Shown here one piece after another: positions 50,986 to 60,258 of a stretch of DNA of 64,000 bases; position 1 is the stretch's first letter, and every line of letters starts with the position of its first letter. The translations under genes were made by a program, and so were the position numbers. The stretch covers positions 1,792,001 to 1,856,000 of the forward strand of contig CAVVHE010000004.1 of the NCBI GenBank assembly GCA_963748015.1, in the 5' to 3' direction. Origin of the DNA: Terriglobia bacterium. Its GTDB lineage: Bacteria; Acidobacteriota; Polarisedimenticolia; Polarisedimenticolales; JAIQFR01. The notes beneath the pieces were generated by a model. That model was given only the letters and a program-made list of their open reading frames with translations. It was not told where the DNA came from and did not search any database.

Positions 50986-51210
50986 TCAGGACGCCTCTTT
51001 CGGGCAGCGGCACCGCGAGAGACGGCGGTTGCAGGCGAAGCAGTACCCGTTGCGCTCGAAGAACTCCACCATCTCCTGCTGCCATGCATCGATGATGGAA
51101 AGCCGGTCGAGGGTCGTCAGGCCGCCGGAAACGCGCGTGTCGGTCAACCAGCTACGCATGTTGCCAAGCGAATCGTGGTACGCGCGCCTTATTTCGAATA
51201 TCGTCCGCAT
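50986..51210 (-). CDS. Small protein (74 aa) with a C-terminal CxxC-x6-CxC motif
   Basis: GAGG RBS; MRTIFEIRRAYHDSL...GYCFACNRRLSRCRCP. Confidence 0.6.
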   Translation of the reverse strand: MRTIFEIRRAYHDSLGNMRSWLTDTRVSGGLTTLDRLSIIDAWQQEMVEFFERNGYCFACNRRLSRCRCPKEAS

Positions 51211-51775
51211 CCTCAACCTCGAGCGAGTCGGCACTCCCGCGCCGCACCCAACCGGGCCCCGCGCCTTCTCCCTCTCAGCACCTGCCAATAAGGTACACGC
51301 ACTGGGTCGCCGGGAGCCAAGGAAGATGACTTCTCGCGGCAGATCAACCGCGGCGCCTCCCTGCCGGGAAGGCGTTCCGGGGCCGGCGGCACGGCACCCA
51401 TTCCGGCGGTCGGGGCGGCGAGGACCGGAGGCTGTGGAAAACCTGTGCGCGCCGTCCGACGCGCGAAACCGGAGCGGGCTGCGCCCGTGCCGCGCGTCCG
51501 CCGATCCATGGCGAGCAAGTCATTGCTTGTGAATACTTTATGGCAATTCACGAGCGATTTTGGTCCAATATCGAAAAGTGGCATGAACCGCTCGTTGGTT
51601 TTCCACAGGGTCGCGAGAGTACCGTCAGATCCGGCTCCTTTCGAGGCTCGGAGCGCGAGGATGCAGGAGGAATCGAGAGGTTTGAGAACCGCCGCCAAAA
51701 GCAACGGCGTTGAGGCACCCTGGGAAGCCCCCGAGCGCATCGTTTTCGTCGCCCCGATCGAGGCCTAGCCGGCCC

Positions 51776-51808
51776 AAAAAAAAGCGCCAGGGAGGAACTC
51801 CCTGGCGC
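51776..51808 (-). terminator. Intrinsic terminator after the sigma factor gene
   Basis: 11 bp stem GCGCCAGGGAG/CTCCCTGGCGC followed by 8 U on the minus strand. Confidence 0.85.
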
Positions 51809-51843
51809 CGGATCTTCGTTGACGGGACGCTTCGCTCGCCTCC

Positions 51844-53028
51844 TCAGGCGAGGAACTCCCGGAGGTCGCCGCACTCTTGCGCGCCCTGGATCTTCTTGAG
51901 AGCGGTGGCCTCGATCTGCCGCACCCGCTCACGGGAAAGACCCATGACGCGTCCGATCTCCTCCAGGGTGTAGGCCATGTCGCGCCCGATTCCGAACCGC
52001 AGCCGGACGATCTCCTCTTCCCGCGAGTTCAGAACGCGGAGCGTCTCCTTGATCTTCTCCCGCAGCTCGCGATCGACCGTTCTCTCGAGCGGCGACGGGG
52101 CGTTGGGGTCGGCCACGAACCGGAGCAGCCCGGGGCTGTCCTCGTCGGACGACGAGACGTCCTCGAGCGCCTGCGGCTCCTGGACGACTCCCAGGATCTC
52201 CTCGACCTTCGCGACCGGCATCCTGAGCTTCTTCGCGATCTCCTGCGGCGTCGGCTTCCGTCCGAGGGTCTCGCCGAGCTCGCGCGACACCCTCGAGATC
52301 TTCTTGATCTTCTCGTTGACGTGCACCGGGATCCGGATCACCCGCGCCTTGTCGGCGATCGCCCGCTCGATGGCCTGCTTGATCCACCAGTAGGCGTAGG
52401 TCGAGAACTTGTTCCCGCGCTCGTACTCGAACTTCTCCACCGCCTTCATCAGCCCGATGTTCCCCTCCTGGATCAGGTCCATGAAGGAGATGCCGTGGTT
52501 CAGGTACTTCTTCGCGATGTGCACGACGAGCCGGAGGTTCGCGAGGATCAGCGCGTCGCGAGAGTGGTCGATGCGCTGCTTCTGCTCGCGCGCCTCGCGT
52601 GCGAGCGCGGAAACCCTCGGCTCCTTCTGCTCCTTCGCGAACCGCCACAGCTTGGAACAGCAGGACTCGAGCTGGTCGAGCGGCCACTCGCGCCCGCGCT
52701 TCGGCCCGCTCATGTCGCCCTCGAGGACGTGCTCGCGGCAAGTCGCCGGCAGGCGCAGGACCACGCGGGCCAGCTTCTCCCGCCCTTCCTGGAGATCGCG
52801 CGCCAGCTCGACCTCGCGGCGCTCGTCGATGAGCGGCGTCGCGCCCATCTCCCGCAGGTAGATCGGCAGGATCGCGGCCGTCGGACGATCCGTCGCCACG
52901 TCCTTCTCGGTGCGGCGCCGCCGGATGGCGCGAGCCGCTGCCTCGACCTCGGCCTGCGCCTCGGCGACCTCCTGGGGAGTCACCTCGTCGAACTCGATTG
53001 CGTCTTCCAGGATCGCCTTTCTTGCCAT
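51844..53028 (-). CDS. Sigma70-family (RpoD/RpoS-like, probably non-primary) sigma factor
   Basis: YLREMG..PL, ANLRLVV.IAKKY, DLIQEGNIGLMKAVEKF, FSTYA.WWI.Q, TLEEIG....SRERVRQIE. Confidence 0.92.
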   Translation of the reverse strand: MARKAILEDAIEFDEVTPQEVAEAQAEVEAAARAIRRRRTEKDVATDRPTAAILPIYLREMGATPLIDERREVELARDLQEGREKLARVVLRLPATCREHVLEGDMSGPKRGREWPLDQLESCCSKLWRFAKEQKEPRVSALAREAREQKQRIDHSRDALILANLRLVVHIAKKYLNHGISFMDLIQEGNIGLMKAVEKFEYERGNKFSTYAYWWIKQAIERAIADKARVIRIPVHVNEKIKKISRVSRELGETLGRKPTPQEIAKKLRMPVAKVEEILGVVQEPQALEDVSSSDEDSPGLLRFVADPNAPSPLERTVDRELREKIKETLRVLNSREEEIVRLRFGIGRDMAYTLEEIGRVMGLSRERVRQIEATALKKIQGAQECGDLREFLA

Positions 53029-53449
53029 CGACCTTCCTGTTCCTTCCCACCCACCACCACGAGGGCGGCTTTTCGGGTCGCTCTCGAATCGAAGTCCCGC
53101 TCGTTGGAGTCGGTTCCCGGCTGCCCGATGCGGGCCGCCGGAGCTTCGGATTCTCGTTTCCCAGTAGCACAGATGAAAAATCCGCGCCAGGTGTTTCACC
53201 CAAACCGGAAATCGTCTAGAAATTCAAAATTCATTGAGAAGGCGAGGTTTTGCCCCTGGCTTCCCACCGGGCGGCGTCCGAAGGGGCTCGGAGCGGGACG
53301 GTTCAGCAGATCAAATTGGCGCAGTTAGCGCCGCGGCCCTCGATCCGTGCCTTTTTGGCCGGGTGCAGGCGGGCTCGGCGGGGCGCGCTGCCGGGCCCGG
53401 CCTCCTGTGATAACGTTCCGGCGGGTCCTTTTCGGGCAGAGGTGCACCC

Positions 53450-54349
53450 TTGCGGAACGTCCGAGTGGCCCTGGCCCAGATCGCTCCCCGGCTCGGCGAG
53501 GTCGATGCCAATCTGGTAAGCCACCTCGACGGCGCGCGCGAGGCGCGCCGCGCCGGCGCCGATCTCGTGGTCTTCCCGGAGCTTTCCCTCACCGGCTATC
53601 TCCTGCGCGACCAGGTCCCGGAGGTCGCGCTGCGGACCGGCGAGGCCCGGTTTCGGAAGCTCGAGCGGGCGTCTCGCGACATCGACGTGATGGCCGGCTT
53701 CGTCGAGGAGACGGCGGATCACCGCTACTTCAACGCGGCCGCGTACTTCAGCCGCGGCCGGCTGGTCCACGTGCATCGCAAGATCTACCTGCCGACCTAC
53801 GGGATGTTCGAGGAAGGGCGGGACTTCTCCGCGGGCGACCGGCTTCGCGCATTCGAGGCCCCGTTCGGCCGCGCGGGGATGCTGGTCTGCGAGGACTGCT
53901 GGCACCCGTCGTGCGCCTTCATCCTCGCGCAGCAGGGCATGGACGTCCTCCTCGCGGCCAGCAGCGGCCCCACGCGCGGCGCGCGCCCCGGACGGGGCAT
54001 CACGAGCGTCGAGGTGTGGCACGAGCTCCTGCGCGTCACCGCCCGCCTGCAGACGGCGTTCGTCGTGTACGTGAACCGCGTCGGCTACGAGGACGGACTG
54101 AATTTCGGAGGCGGCTCCGTGGCGATCGACCCGTTCGGGCGAGCGCTCGCGAAGCTCCCGGCGCTCGAGCCGGCGCTCGCGGTCGCGGAGCTCGACGCGA
54201 GCGTGCTGCGCCGCGCGCGCATCGCCTACCCTCTCCTCCGCGACGAGAACCTCGAGCTGGCCGCGCGGGAGATCGACCGCGTCCGCGGGCTGCGGTACGA
54301 CCTTCCCGGCGCGGACCCCGGCGAGCCCGGCGGTCCGGGGACGGCGTGA
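53450..54349 (+). CDS. Nitrilase-fold glutaminase subunit (NadE partner)
   Basis: Catalytic triad FPE / RKIYLP.YG.FEE.R.F / CED; GTGA overlap with nadE. Confidence 0.85.
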   Translation: MRNVRVALAQIAPRLGEVDANLVSHLDGAREARRAGADLVVFPELSLTGYLLRDQVPEVALRTGEARFRKLERASRDIDVMAGFVEETADHRYFNAAAYFSRGRLVHVHRKIYLPTYGMFEEGRDFSAGDRLRAFEAPFGRAGMLVCEDCWHPSCAFILAQQGMDVLLAASSGPTRGARPGRGITSVEVWHELLRVTARLQTAFVVYVNRVGYEDGLNFGGGSVAIDPFGRALAKLPALEPALAVAELDASVLRRARIAYPLLRDENLELAAREIDRVRGLRYDLPGADPGEPGGPGTA

Positions 54350-55215
54350 GCCGCGCGCGGCGGAAGCCCGCGCTGGCGGGGGTTGGCGCGGCCGAGCCCG
54401 ACCTCCTCCTCGAACCCGCCCTGACGGTACGCATCCTCGCCGGCTTCATCCGGACCGAGGTCCTTCGCACCGGCAGGTCGCGTGTGGTCCTCGGCCTCTC
54501 CGGCGGGATCGACTCGGCGGTGGCCGCGTACCTCGCCGTCCGGGCCCTCGGGCCGCAAGCGGTCGTCGCGATCGTCATGCCGTACCGCTCGAGCAGCGCC
54601 GACTCGGTGAGCGACGCGGAGAGAGTCGTCGGCGCTCTCGGGATCCTCGCGGAGAAGGTGGACATCTCGCCGCTCGTGGATGGCTTCGACCGCGTGAGCG
54701 GAAAGGTCAGCCGCCTCCGGCTCGGCAACGTGATGGCGCGGGCGCGGATGATGGTCCTCTACGACCGCTCGGAGCAGTACGAGGCGCTGGTGCTCGGGAC
54801 GAGCAACAAGACCGAGCTGTTGCTGGGCTACGGGACCCTCTGGGGCGACCTGGCGTCGGCGCTCAACCCGCTGGGCGATCTCTACAAGACGCAGGTGCGG
54901 GCGATCGCGGAGTACCTCCGGGTGCCCTCGGCCATACGGAAGAAGCCCCCCTCCGCCGACCTCTGGCCGAGGCAATCGGACGAGGCCGACCTCGGGTTCT
55001 CCTACGAGCGCGTGGACCGCCTGCTCGCGCTCCTCGTGGATGCGCGCCTCGACCGCGATGCCGCGGTCGCCGCCGGATTCGATCGCGAGATGGTGGACCG
55101 GGTGGCCCGGCTCGTCGTCCGATCGCAATTCAAGCGCCGCCCGCCGATCATCGCGAAGGTCTCGACGCGCACGGTCGGCTGGGACTTCCGCTACCCCAGG
55201 GATTGGAAGAGCTGA
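54346..55215 (+). CDS. nadE: NAD+ synthetase
   Basis: GLSGGIDSA, N..AR.RM, GT.NK.E, DLYKTQV, PSADL. Confidence 0.93.
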   Translation: MSRARRKPALAGVGAAEPDLLLEPALTVRILAGFIRTEVLRTGRSRVVLGLSGGIDSAVAAYLAVRALGPQAVVAIVMPYRSSSADSVSDAERVVGALGILAEKVDISPLVDGFDRVSGKVSRLRLGNVMARARMMVLYDRSEQYEALVLGTSNKTELLLGYGTLWGDLASALNPLGDLYKTQVRAIAEYLRVPSAIRKKPPSADLWPRQSDEADLGFSYERVDRLLALLVDARLDRDAAVAAGFDREMVDRVARLVVRSQFKRRPPIIAKVSTRTVGWDFRYPRDWKS

Positions 55216-55225
55216 TCCGCGCGGA

Positions 55226-55687
55226 TCAGGGAGCCGGCTTCGGCGCGGCAAGGGACTCCGCCATCAGCCCCTCCTTGCGCGCCAGGCCGTGGCAGACCCG
55301 GCACGCGCGCTGCGCCCAGACGAACTGGTCGAAGGACCTCTCGATCTGATCCGCCGTCGCGAACTCCCTGGCCAGGTCCACCGTCTTGTGAAACGCCTGG
55401 TCGTACTCGATCAGGCTGTCGGGCGACTTCGGGCTGTCCTCCCTGCCGAGGCGCCGGCAGCCGTCGCTCACGCGATCGAGCGCCGCGCGGGCGGCCTTGC
55501 AGTCGCCGCGGACGTACGCGAGCGTGGCGTCCACCACCGCCTTCTCGAGTGCCCCGAGGTCGTTGTGGACGGGCGCCGGCCTCGCCGCAACGGGCTCCGG
55601 ACCCGGCGGGGGCGCGGCCTTCTCCGCCGCTCCGAGCAACGCCACCGCCCCCAGGACCGCTCCCGCCAGCACCACGGCTTTCCGCAT
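55226..55687 (-). CDS. Periplasmic monoheme cytochrome c (class II / c'-like)
   Basis: Signal peptide, helical body, CRVCH near the C-terminus. Confidence 0.7.
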   Translation of the reverse strand: MRKAVVLAGAVLGAVALLGAAEKAAPPPGPEPVAARPAPVHNDLGALEKAVVDATLAYVRGDCKAARAALDRVSDGCRRLGREDSPKSPDSLIEYDQAFHKTVDLAREFATADQIERSFDQFVWAQRACRVCHGLARKEGLMAESLAAPKPAP

Positions 55688-55791
55688 CCGTCCCTCCGCG
55701 CGGCTCGCTCGCCACGGCCTCCGCACGGACCCATCGTAGCCGGACCGGGCCACCCGGTCGAACCGCCATCCCCGGGTGATAGGATTTCGCC

Positions 55792-56631
55792 GTGCCCGGA
55801 ACCTTGTACGTCGTCGCCACGCCGCTCGGCAACCTCGAGGACCTCTCGCCGCGGGCGGAGCGGGTCCTGCGCTCGGCCGCGCTCATCGCCTGCGAGGACA
55901 CGCGCCGCACCGCCAAGCTTCTGGCGCGCTTCGGGATCACCGCGAGGACGGTCTCGTGCCACCGATTCAACGAGCGCTCTCGCCTCGAGCCGGTCCTGAA
56001 GGTCGTCCGCGAAGGGGCGGACGTCGCGCTCGTCTCGGACGGCGGAACGCCGGGGGTCTCCGATCCCGGCTCGCTCCTGGTCCGCGCGGCGCGCGAGGAG
56101 GGGCTCGCGGTCTCGCCGGTGCCCGGTCCCTCGGCGATCGCGGCGCTGCTCTCCGCGAGCGGCCTCCCGGCCGACCGGTTCGTCTTCGACGGCTTCCTGC
56201 CGCCTCGCTCCGGCGAGCGGCGGCGCCGCCTCGCCCAGCTCGCGGGCGAGACGCGAACCGTCGTGATCTTCGAAGCCCCCCACCGAATCCACGAGGCCCT
56301 CCGGGACATGGCGGAGGCGCTCGGCGAGCGCCGCCTCGTGCTCGGGCGCGAGCTGACCAAGATCCACGAGACGTTCCTCGAGGGAAACGCCGCCGCGATC
56401 CTCGCCGCGCTCGGCGAAGGAGCGGTCCGCGGGGAGCTCGCCGTGGCGATCGCCGGCGCCCCCGAGGGCGGCGCTCCTCGCCCGCCCCCCGCGGCGGAGC
56501 GGCTCAGGGACACCTTCAAGGAGGCGCTCGAGGCCGCCGGCGGCGACCGGCGGGCGGCCCTCAAGGCGACCGCGAAGAAGCTGGGCGTCGGCCGCGACGA
56601 GCTGGCTCGCCGCCTCGCGGAATTCGAGTAG
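55792..56631 (+). CDS. rsmI: 16S rRNA C1402 2'-O-methyltransferase
   Basis: LYVVATPLGNLED, CEDTR, SDGGTPG.SDPG, PGPSA, EAPHR, RELTK.HE. Confidence 0.95.
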   Translation: MPGTLYVVATPLGNLEDLSPRAERVLRSAALIACEDTRRTAKLLARFGITARTVSCHRFNERSRLEPVLKVVREGADVALVSDGGTPGVSDPGSLLVRAAREEGLAVSPVPGPSAIAALLSASGLPADRFVFDGFLPPRSGERRRRLAQLAGETRTVVIFEAPHRIHEALRDMAEALGERRLVLGRELTKIHETFLEGNAAAILAALGEGAVRGELAVAIAGAPEGGAPRPPPAAERLRDTFKEALEAAGGDRRAALKATAKKLGVGRDELARRLAEFE

Positions 56632-56647
56632 AGGGACGGCAACCGCT

Positions 56648-57382
56648 CTAAGGCAGCACGGGCAGGCCGGGGTCGCCCGGGACCGGCGCGTCCTCGCTCG
56701 AGGCCGGTGGGGAGACCGCGCCGCCCTCTCGCCGGCGGGAGTCCTGCCGCGGGTCGTACTCGAACCGCAGACAGCACATCAGCCGGCCGCACATCCCCGA
56801 GATCTTGGCCGGATTGAGCGAGAGCCCCTGGTTCTTCGCCATCTTGATCGAGACCGGGTCGAACCCCCGGATCCAGTCGGAGCAGCAGAGGACGCGCCCG
56901 CAGAGACCGCATCCGCCGTGCATCCCGGCGTCGTCCCTCGCGCCGATCTGCCGCAGCTCGACGCGGGTGTGAAACTGGGCGGTGAGGTCCCGCACCAGGT
57001 CGCGGAAGTCGACGCGCCCCTCGGAGGTGAAGTAGAAGGTCATCTTCTTGCCGTCGAGCTGCCGCTCCACGCGGCCGAGCTTCATCGCCAGGCCGCGCTC
57101 CTCGATCCGCGCCACGCAGAAGGTCCGCGCCTCGCGCTCCTGCACGACCTTGTGGGCGTAAGCCTCCTCGTCCTCCTGCGTGGCACGCCGGAGCACGCGG
57201 GGGAACGTACGCTCGGACTCGCCCGGCCGCGGGTAGCGAAAGCCGAGCTGGGCCACGATGCCGAATTCGAGTCCGCGATCGCTTTCCGCGACGCAGGGGT
57301 CCCCGACGGAGAGCTCGAGGCCCGTAGGATCGCAGGTAGTGCAACGCCCCGCCGGCGGGAACCGGACGACGACGAGTTCCAT
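56648..57382 (-). CDS. PSP1-domain / RicT (YaaT)-like Fe-S regulatory protein
   Basis: RVDFR.LV, ELRQIG.RD, G.CGR.LCC, MAK.Q.LSLNP.KISG.CGRLMCCL. Confidence 0.9.
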   Translation of the reverse strand: MELVVVRFPPAGRCTTCDPTGLELSVGDPCVAESDRGLEFGIVAQLGFRYPRPGESERTFPRVLRRATQEDEEAYAHKVVQEREARTFCVARIEERGLAMKLGRVERQLDGKKMTFYFTSEGRVDFRDLVRDLTAQFHTRVELRQIGARDDAGMHGGCGLCGRVLCCSDWIRGFDPVSIKMAKNQGLSLNPAKISGMCGRLMCCLRFEYDPRQDSRRREGGAVSPPASSEDAPVPGDPGLPVLP

Positions 57383-57466
57383 TGAATTCCTCTCTCCGGC
57401 CGCCCCTCCCCTCCCGGGCGGCGCCGGAACCCGAGCGCGCCCGCCAGTCGGCGGTCGCGCCCATCG

Positions 57467-57496
57467 AATATACCATTGCGGCGGCGCTGCTATACT
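57467..57496. promoter_or_regulatory. Back-to-back extended -10 promoters
   Basis: Minus strand TGGTATATT (57467-57475) toward the PSP1 gene; plus strand TGCTATACT (57488-57496) toward smpB. Confidence 0.5.
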
Positions 57497-57530
57497 TCCC
57501 GCACTCGAAACCGACTCACCGGAGGAGAGC

Positions 57531-58010
57531 TTGGCAAGGAAAGCCAGGGATCGCGCGGATAGCCCGATCCTCGCGACGAACCGGGCCGCGTCCCACGAGT
57601 TTCACCTGCTCGAGCGGTTCGAGGCCGGGATCGTGCTCACCGGCACCGAGGTCAAGTCGGCCCGCGACGGACGCGTGAGCCTCAAGGAGTCGTACGCCAG
57701 GATCGACCACGGCGAGGCGTTCCTGCACGACGCCCACTTCAGCCCGTACGCGCAGGGAGGGCGGGACAACCCCGACCCGGTGAGGACGCGCAAGCTCCTG
57801 CTCCACGCCAAGGAGATCCGCAAGCTCGCGCGCGCGACCGAGGCCGGCGGCATGACCCTCGTCCCGACGAAGCTCTACCTCAAGGACGGGCGGATCAAGC
57901 TCGAGCTCGCCTTGGCGCGCGGGAAGAAGGACTACGACAAGCGCGAGGCGAGCCGCGGGGAGGACGCGAAGCGCGAGATGGCGCGGCTCAAGGGCCACGT
58001 CCGGGGGTGA
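57531..58010 (+). CDS. smpB: SsrA-binding protein
   Basis: GGAGGAG RBS and TTG start; NR.A, EAGIVL.G.EVKS, RKLLLH..EI, GKK.YDKR. Confidence 0.95.
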   Translation: MARKARDRADSPILATNRAASHEFHLLERFEAGIVLTGTEVKSARDGRVSLKESYARIDHGEAFLHDAHFSPYAQGGRDNPDPVRTRKLLLHAKEIRKLARATEAGGMTLVPTKLYLKDGRIKLELALARGKKDYDKREASRGEDAKREMARLKGHVRG

Positions 58011-58017
58011 GGCGCGC

Positions 58018-58680
58018 TCACAGGCCCGACGATGCGGGACGCTTGCGGATCAGCTGCTTGATCTCGGCGTTGTGGCCGACCCCCTCGGCCTGACAGAGCA
58101 AGGCGGCGTTCGCCCCGGCCAGGTCGGGGATCTCGAGCGGCACGGCGAGGCGGCCGTCCGAGGCGGTGGCGCCGGAGAACAGCTCGGCGGGCTTCTCGCG
58201 GCTCGTGATGAGCTTCACGGTGACGCGCGCCCCGGCGATCGGCCGCTCGGACTCGTCGCCGAGCACGCGGAGCTTGACGGTCGGATTCGTCCCCTCCTCG
58301 AGGGGCTGCCCGTCCTCGATCTCGAGCCGGATCCGCTCGTCGCCGATCGACTTCGACAGGTAGTCGGTGACGACCTCGTCGAGACTGCGGTTCGTGATGA
58401 TGTTGTAGCCGAACGGCTTCGGCCCCTCGGGGTCGAACCTGCCGCTCAGGACCTCGCGGATGACGGCCTGGTGCTGCGCCTCCATCCGGCGCTGGACCTC
58501 GACCTCCGAAACGCCGCCCGCGCTCACGAGGTCTTCGTAGGAGCCCCGCCTCGACCCTACGATCTCGCCGCCCGTGTACACGAGGCTCTCCACCATCGGG
58601 TTCTTGAGCCCCTTGTCCTCGGTCTGTACGTGGAAGACCCGGTCGTCGTACTCGACGTCGGTGTTGAATCCCGTGAGCAT
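58018..58680 (-). CDS. Hypothetical protein (GFNTD...FHVQTED N-terminal domain plus an Ig-like C-terminal domain)
   Basis: Clean ORF with typical codon usage; N-terminal motif GFNTDV...HVQTEDKG...QH; beta-rich C-terminus. Confidence 0.75.
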   Translation of the reverse strand: MLTGFNTDVEYDDRVFHVQTEDKGLKNPMVESLVYTGGEIVGSRRGSYEDLVSAGGVSEVEVQRRMEAQHQAVIREVLSGRFDPEGPKPFGYNIITNRSLDEVVTDYLSKSIGDERIRLEIEDGQPLEEGTNPTVKLRVLGDESERPIAGARVTVKLITSREKPAELFSGATASDGRLAVPLEIPDLAGANAALLCQAEGVGHNAEIKQLIRKRPASSGL

Positions 58681-58760
58681 AGCCCAGGTAGGTTACGCGA
58701 TCCCGCCGCGGTCGCGCAACGGCTTTTCCCGTCGCGGCCCGGCGGAGCGCCCGCGTCGCG

Positions 58761-60131
58761 TCAAAGGGGCGCCAGCTCGGCCGTGAAGTGCCGAAGGAAC
58801 TGCGCCTGCTTGACGATCCGGTAGCCGCGGAGATCGGACTTGCGGTCGCAGATGGCGCGGAGCACCTCGGCGACGTACCGGAGATGGCTGTTCGTGTAGA
58901 CCCGCCGCGGGACGGCGAGGCGCACCAGCTCCACCGGGGCGGGCTTCTCCTCGCCCGTCCGCGGATCCGTCTGGGCGAACATCAGCGAGCCGATCTCGAC
59001 GGCCCGGACGGCCCCTTCCCGGTACAGCTCGACGGTGAGCGACTGCCCCGGAAACTCGAGCGGCGGGATGTGGGGCAGGAACGCGTGGGCGTCCACGTAG
59101 ACCGCGTGCCCCCCCACGGGGCGCACGATGGGGATCCCCGCGTCGATGAGCTCCTGGCCGAAGCGCCGCACCTGCTCCACGCGGAAGGCGAGATAGCTCT
59201 CGTCGAGCACCTCCTCGAGCCCCTGCGCCACTGCCTCGAGGTCGCGCCCCGCGAGGCCGCCGTACGTCGGGAACCCCTCGATGATCACGAGCCGGTTCTT
59301 GAGCTGCTCGAACAGCTCGCGGCTCCGGAGCGCGACGAAGCCGCCGATGTTGGCGAGGCCGTCCTTCTTGGCCGACATGATGCAGCCGTCGGCGTGGGCG
59401 AACAGGTCCCTCACGATCTCCGCGACGGCGCGCCCCGCCTGGCCCACCTCCCGCTGCTTGACGAACCAGGCGTTCTCCGCGAAGCGGCACGCGTCGATCC
59501 AGAACGGCACGCCGTGCTTCTTGTAGATCTCCGCGGCCGAGCGGACGTTGGCGAGCGACACCGGCTGCCCGCCTGCGGAGTTGTTCGTGAGCGTGATCAT
59601 CCCGAGCCGGACCCGGCCGCGGTTGGCCGAGAGGGTCCTGTCGAGCGCCGCGAGATCCATGTTCCCCTTGAACGGGTGCTCGACCTCGGGCTGGAGCCCC
59701 TCTTCGATGACCAGGTCGATCCCGACCCCGCCGTTGGCCTCGACGTTGGCACGGGTCGTGTCGAAATGGGTGTTGTTCGTCACGATGTCGCCGGGCTTCA
59801 GGATCGTCGAGAACAGGAGGTTCTCTCCCATCCTCCCCTGGTGCGTCGGGATCACGTGAGGGAACCCGAAGATCTCCCGGACGGTGCGCTCGAACCGGAA
59901 GAAGCTGCGCGCGCCCGCGTACGACTCGTCGCCGGTCATGATCCCCGCCCACTGGCGGTCGGACATCGCCGACGTGCCCGAGTCGGTCAGGAGGTCGATG
60001 AAGATCGCCTCCGACGGCACGTTGAACAGGTTGTAGCCGGCTTCCCTGAGCCGCCTCTCGCGCTCGTCGCGCGGGACGAGCCGGATCGGCTCCACCGCTT
60101 TGACCCGCCAAGGTTCCGGTAGTTCGCGCAC
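58761..60131 (-). CDS. tnaA: Tryptophanase (beta-eliminating lyase)
   Basis: IDLLTDSGT, GDESYAG, SAKKD PLP-lysine, RHFTA; these are the tryptophanase variants (TPL has SGKKD and RFFTA). Confidence 0.85.
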   Translation of the reverse strand: MRELPEPWRVKAVEPIRLVPRDERERRLREAGYNLFNVPSEAIFIDLLTDSGTSAMSDRQWAGIMTGDESYAGARSFFRFERTVREIFGFPHVIPTHQGRMGENLLFSTILKPGDIVTNNTHFDTTRANVEANGGVGIDLVIEEGLQPEVEHPFKGNMDLAALDRTLSANRGRVRLGMITLTNNSAGGQPVSLANVRSAAEIYKKHGVPFWIDACRFAENAWFVKQREVGQAGRAVAEIVRDLFAHADGCIMSAKKDGLANIGGFVALRSRELFEQLKNRLVIIEGFPTYGGLAGRDLEAVAQGLEEVLDESYLAFRVEQVRRFGQELIDAGIPIVRPVGGHAVYVDAHAFLPHIPPLEFPGQSLTVELYREGAVRAVEIGSLMFAQTDPRTGEEKPAPVELVRLAVPRRVYTNSHLRYVAEVLRAICDRKSDLRGYRIVKQAQFLRHFTAELAPL

Positions 60132-60204
60132 GGTAGGCCCCTCCCCCGGGCGCCGCAGACTAGCATGGCCCGGATCGGCCGCAAACCCCGCCACCCGGCT
60201 TGCG

Positions 60205-60210
60205 TATAAT
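60205..60210 (+). promoter_or_regulatory. Putative -10 box for the ABC exporter
   Basis: Exact TATAAT in the divergent intergenic region. Confidence 0.45.
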
Positions 60211-60258
60211 CGACCGTTGCGGCCGCCGAATCACCCGGCGGGCGGGGGGGAAGTTAGC

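Noticed and set aside
51211..51843. oriC, or the ORFs 51213-51740 and 51445-51768
   Set aside because: Only two DnaA-like boxes and no dnaA/dnaN context; the ORFs lack host codon bias and recognisable motifs
58011..58020. tmRNA (ssrA) next to smpB
   Set aside because: No room and no tRNA-like ends; the next gene ends 7 bp after smpB
60132..60258. tnaC-like leader peptide upstream of tnaA
   Set aside because: No short ORF with the Trp...Asp...Pro-stop pattern was found
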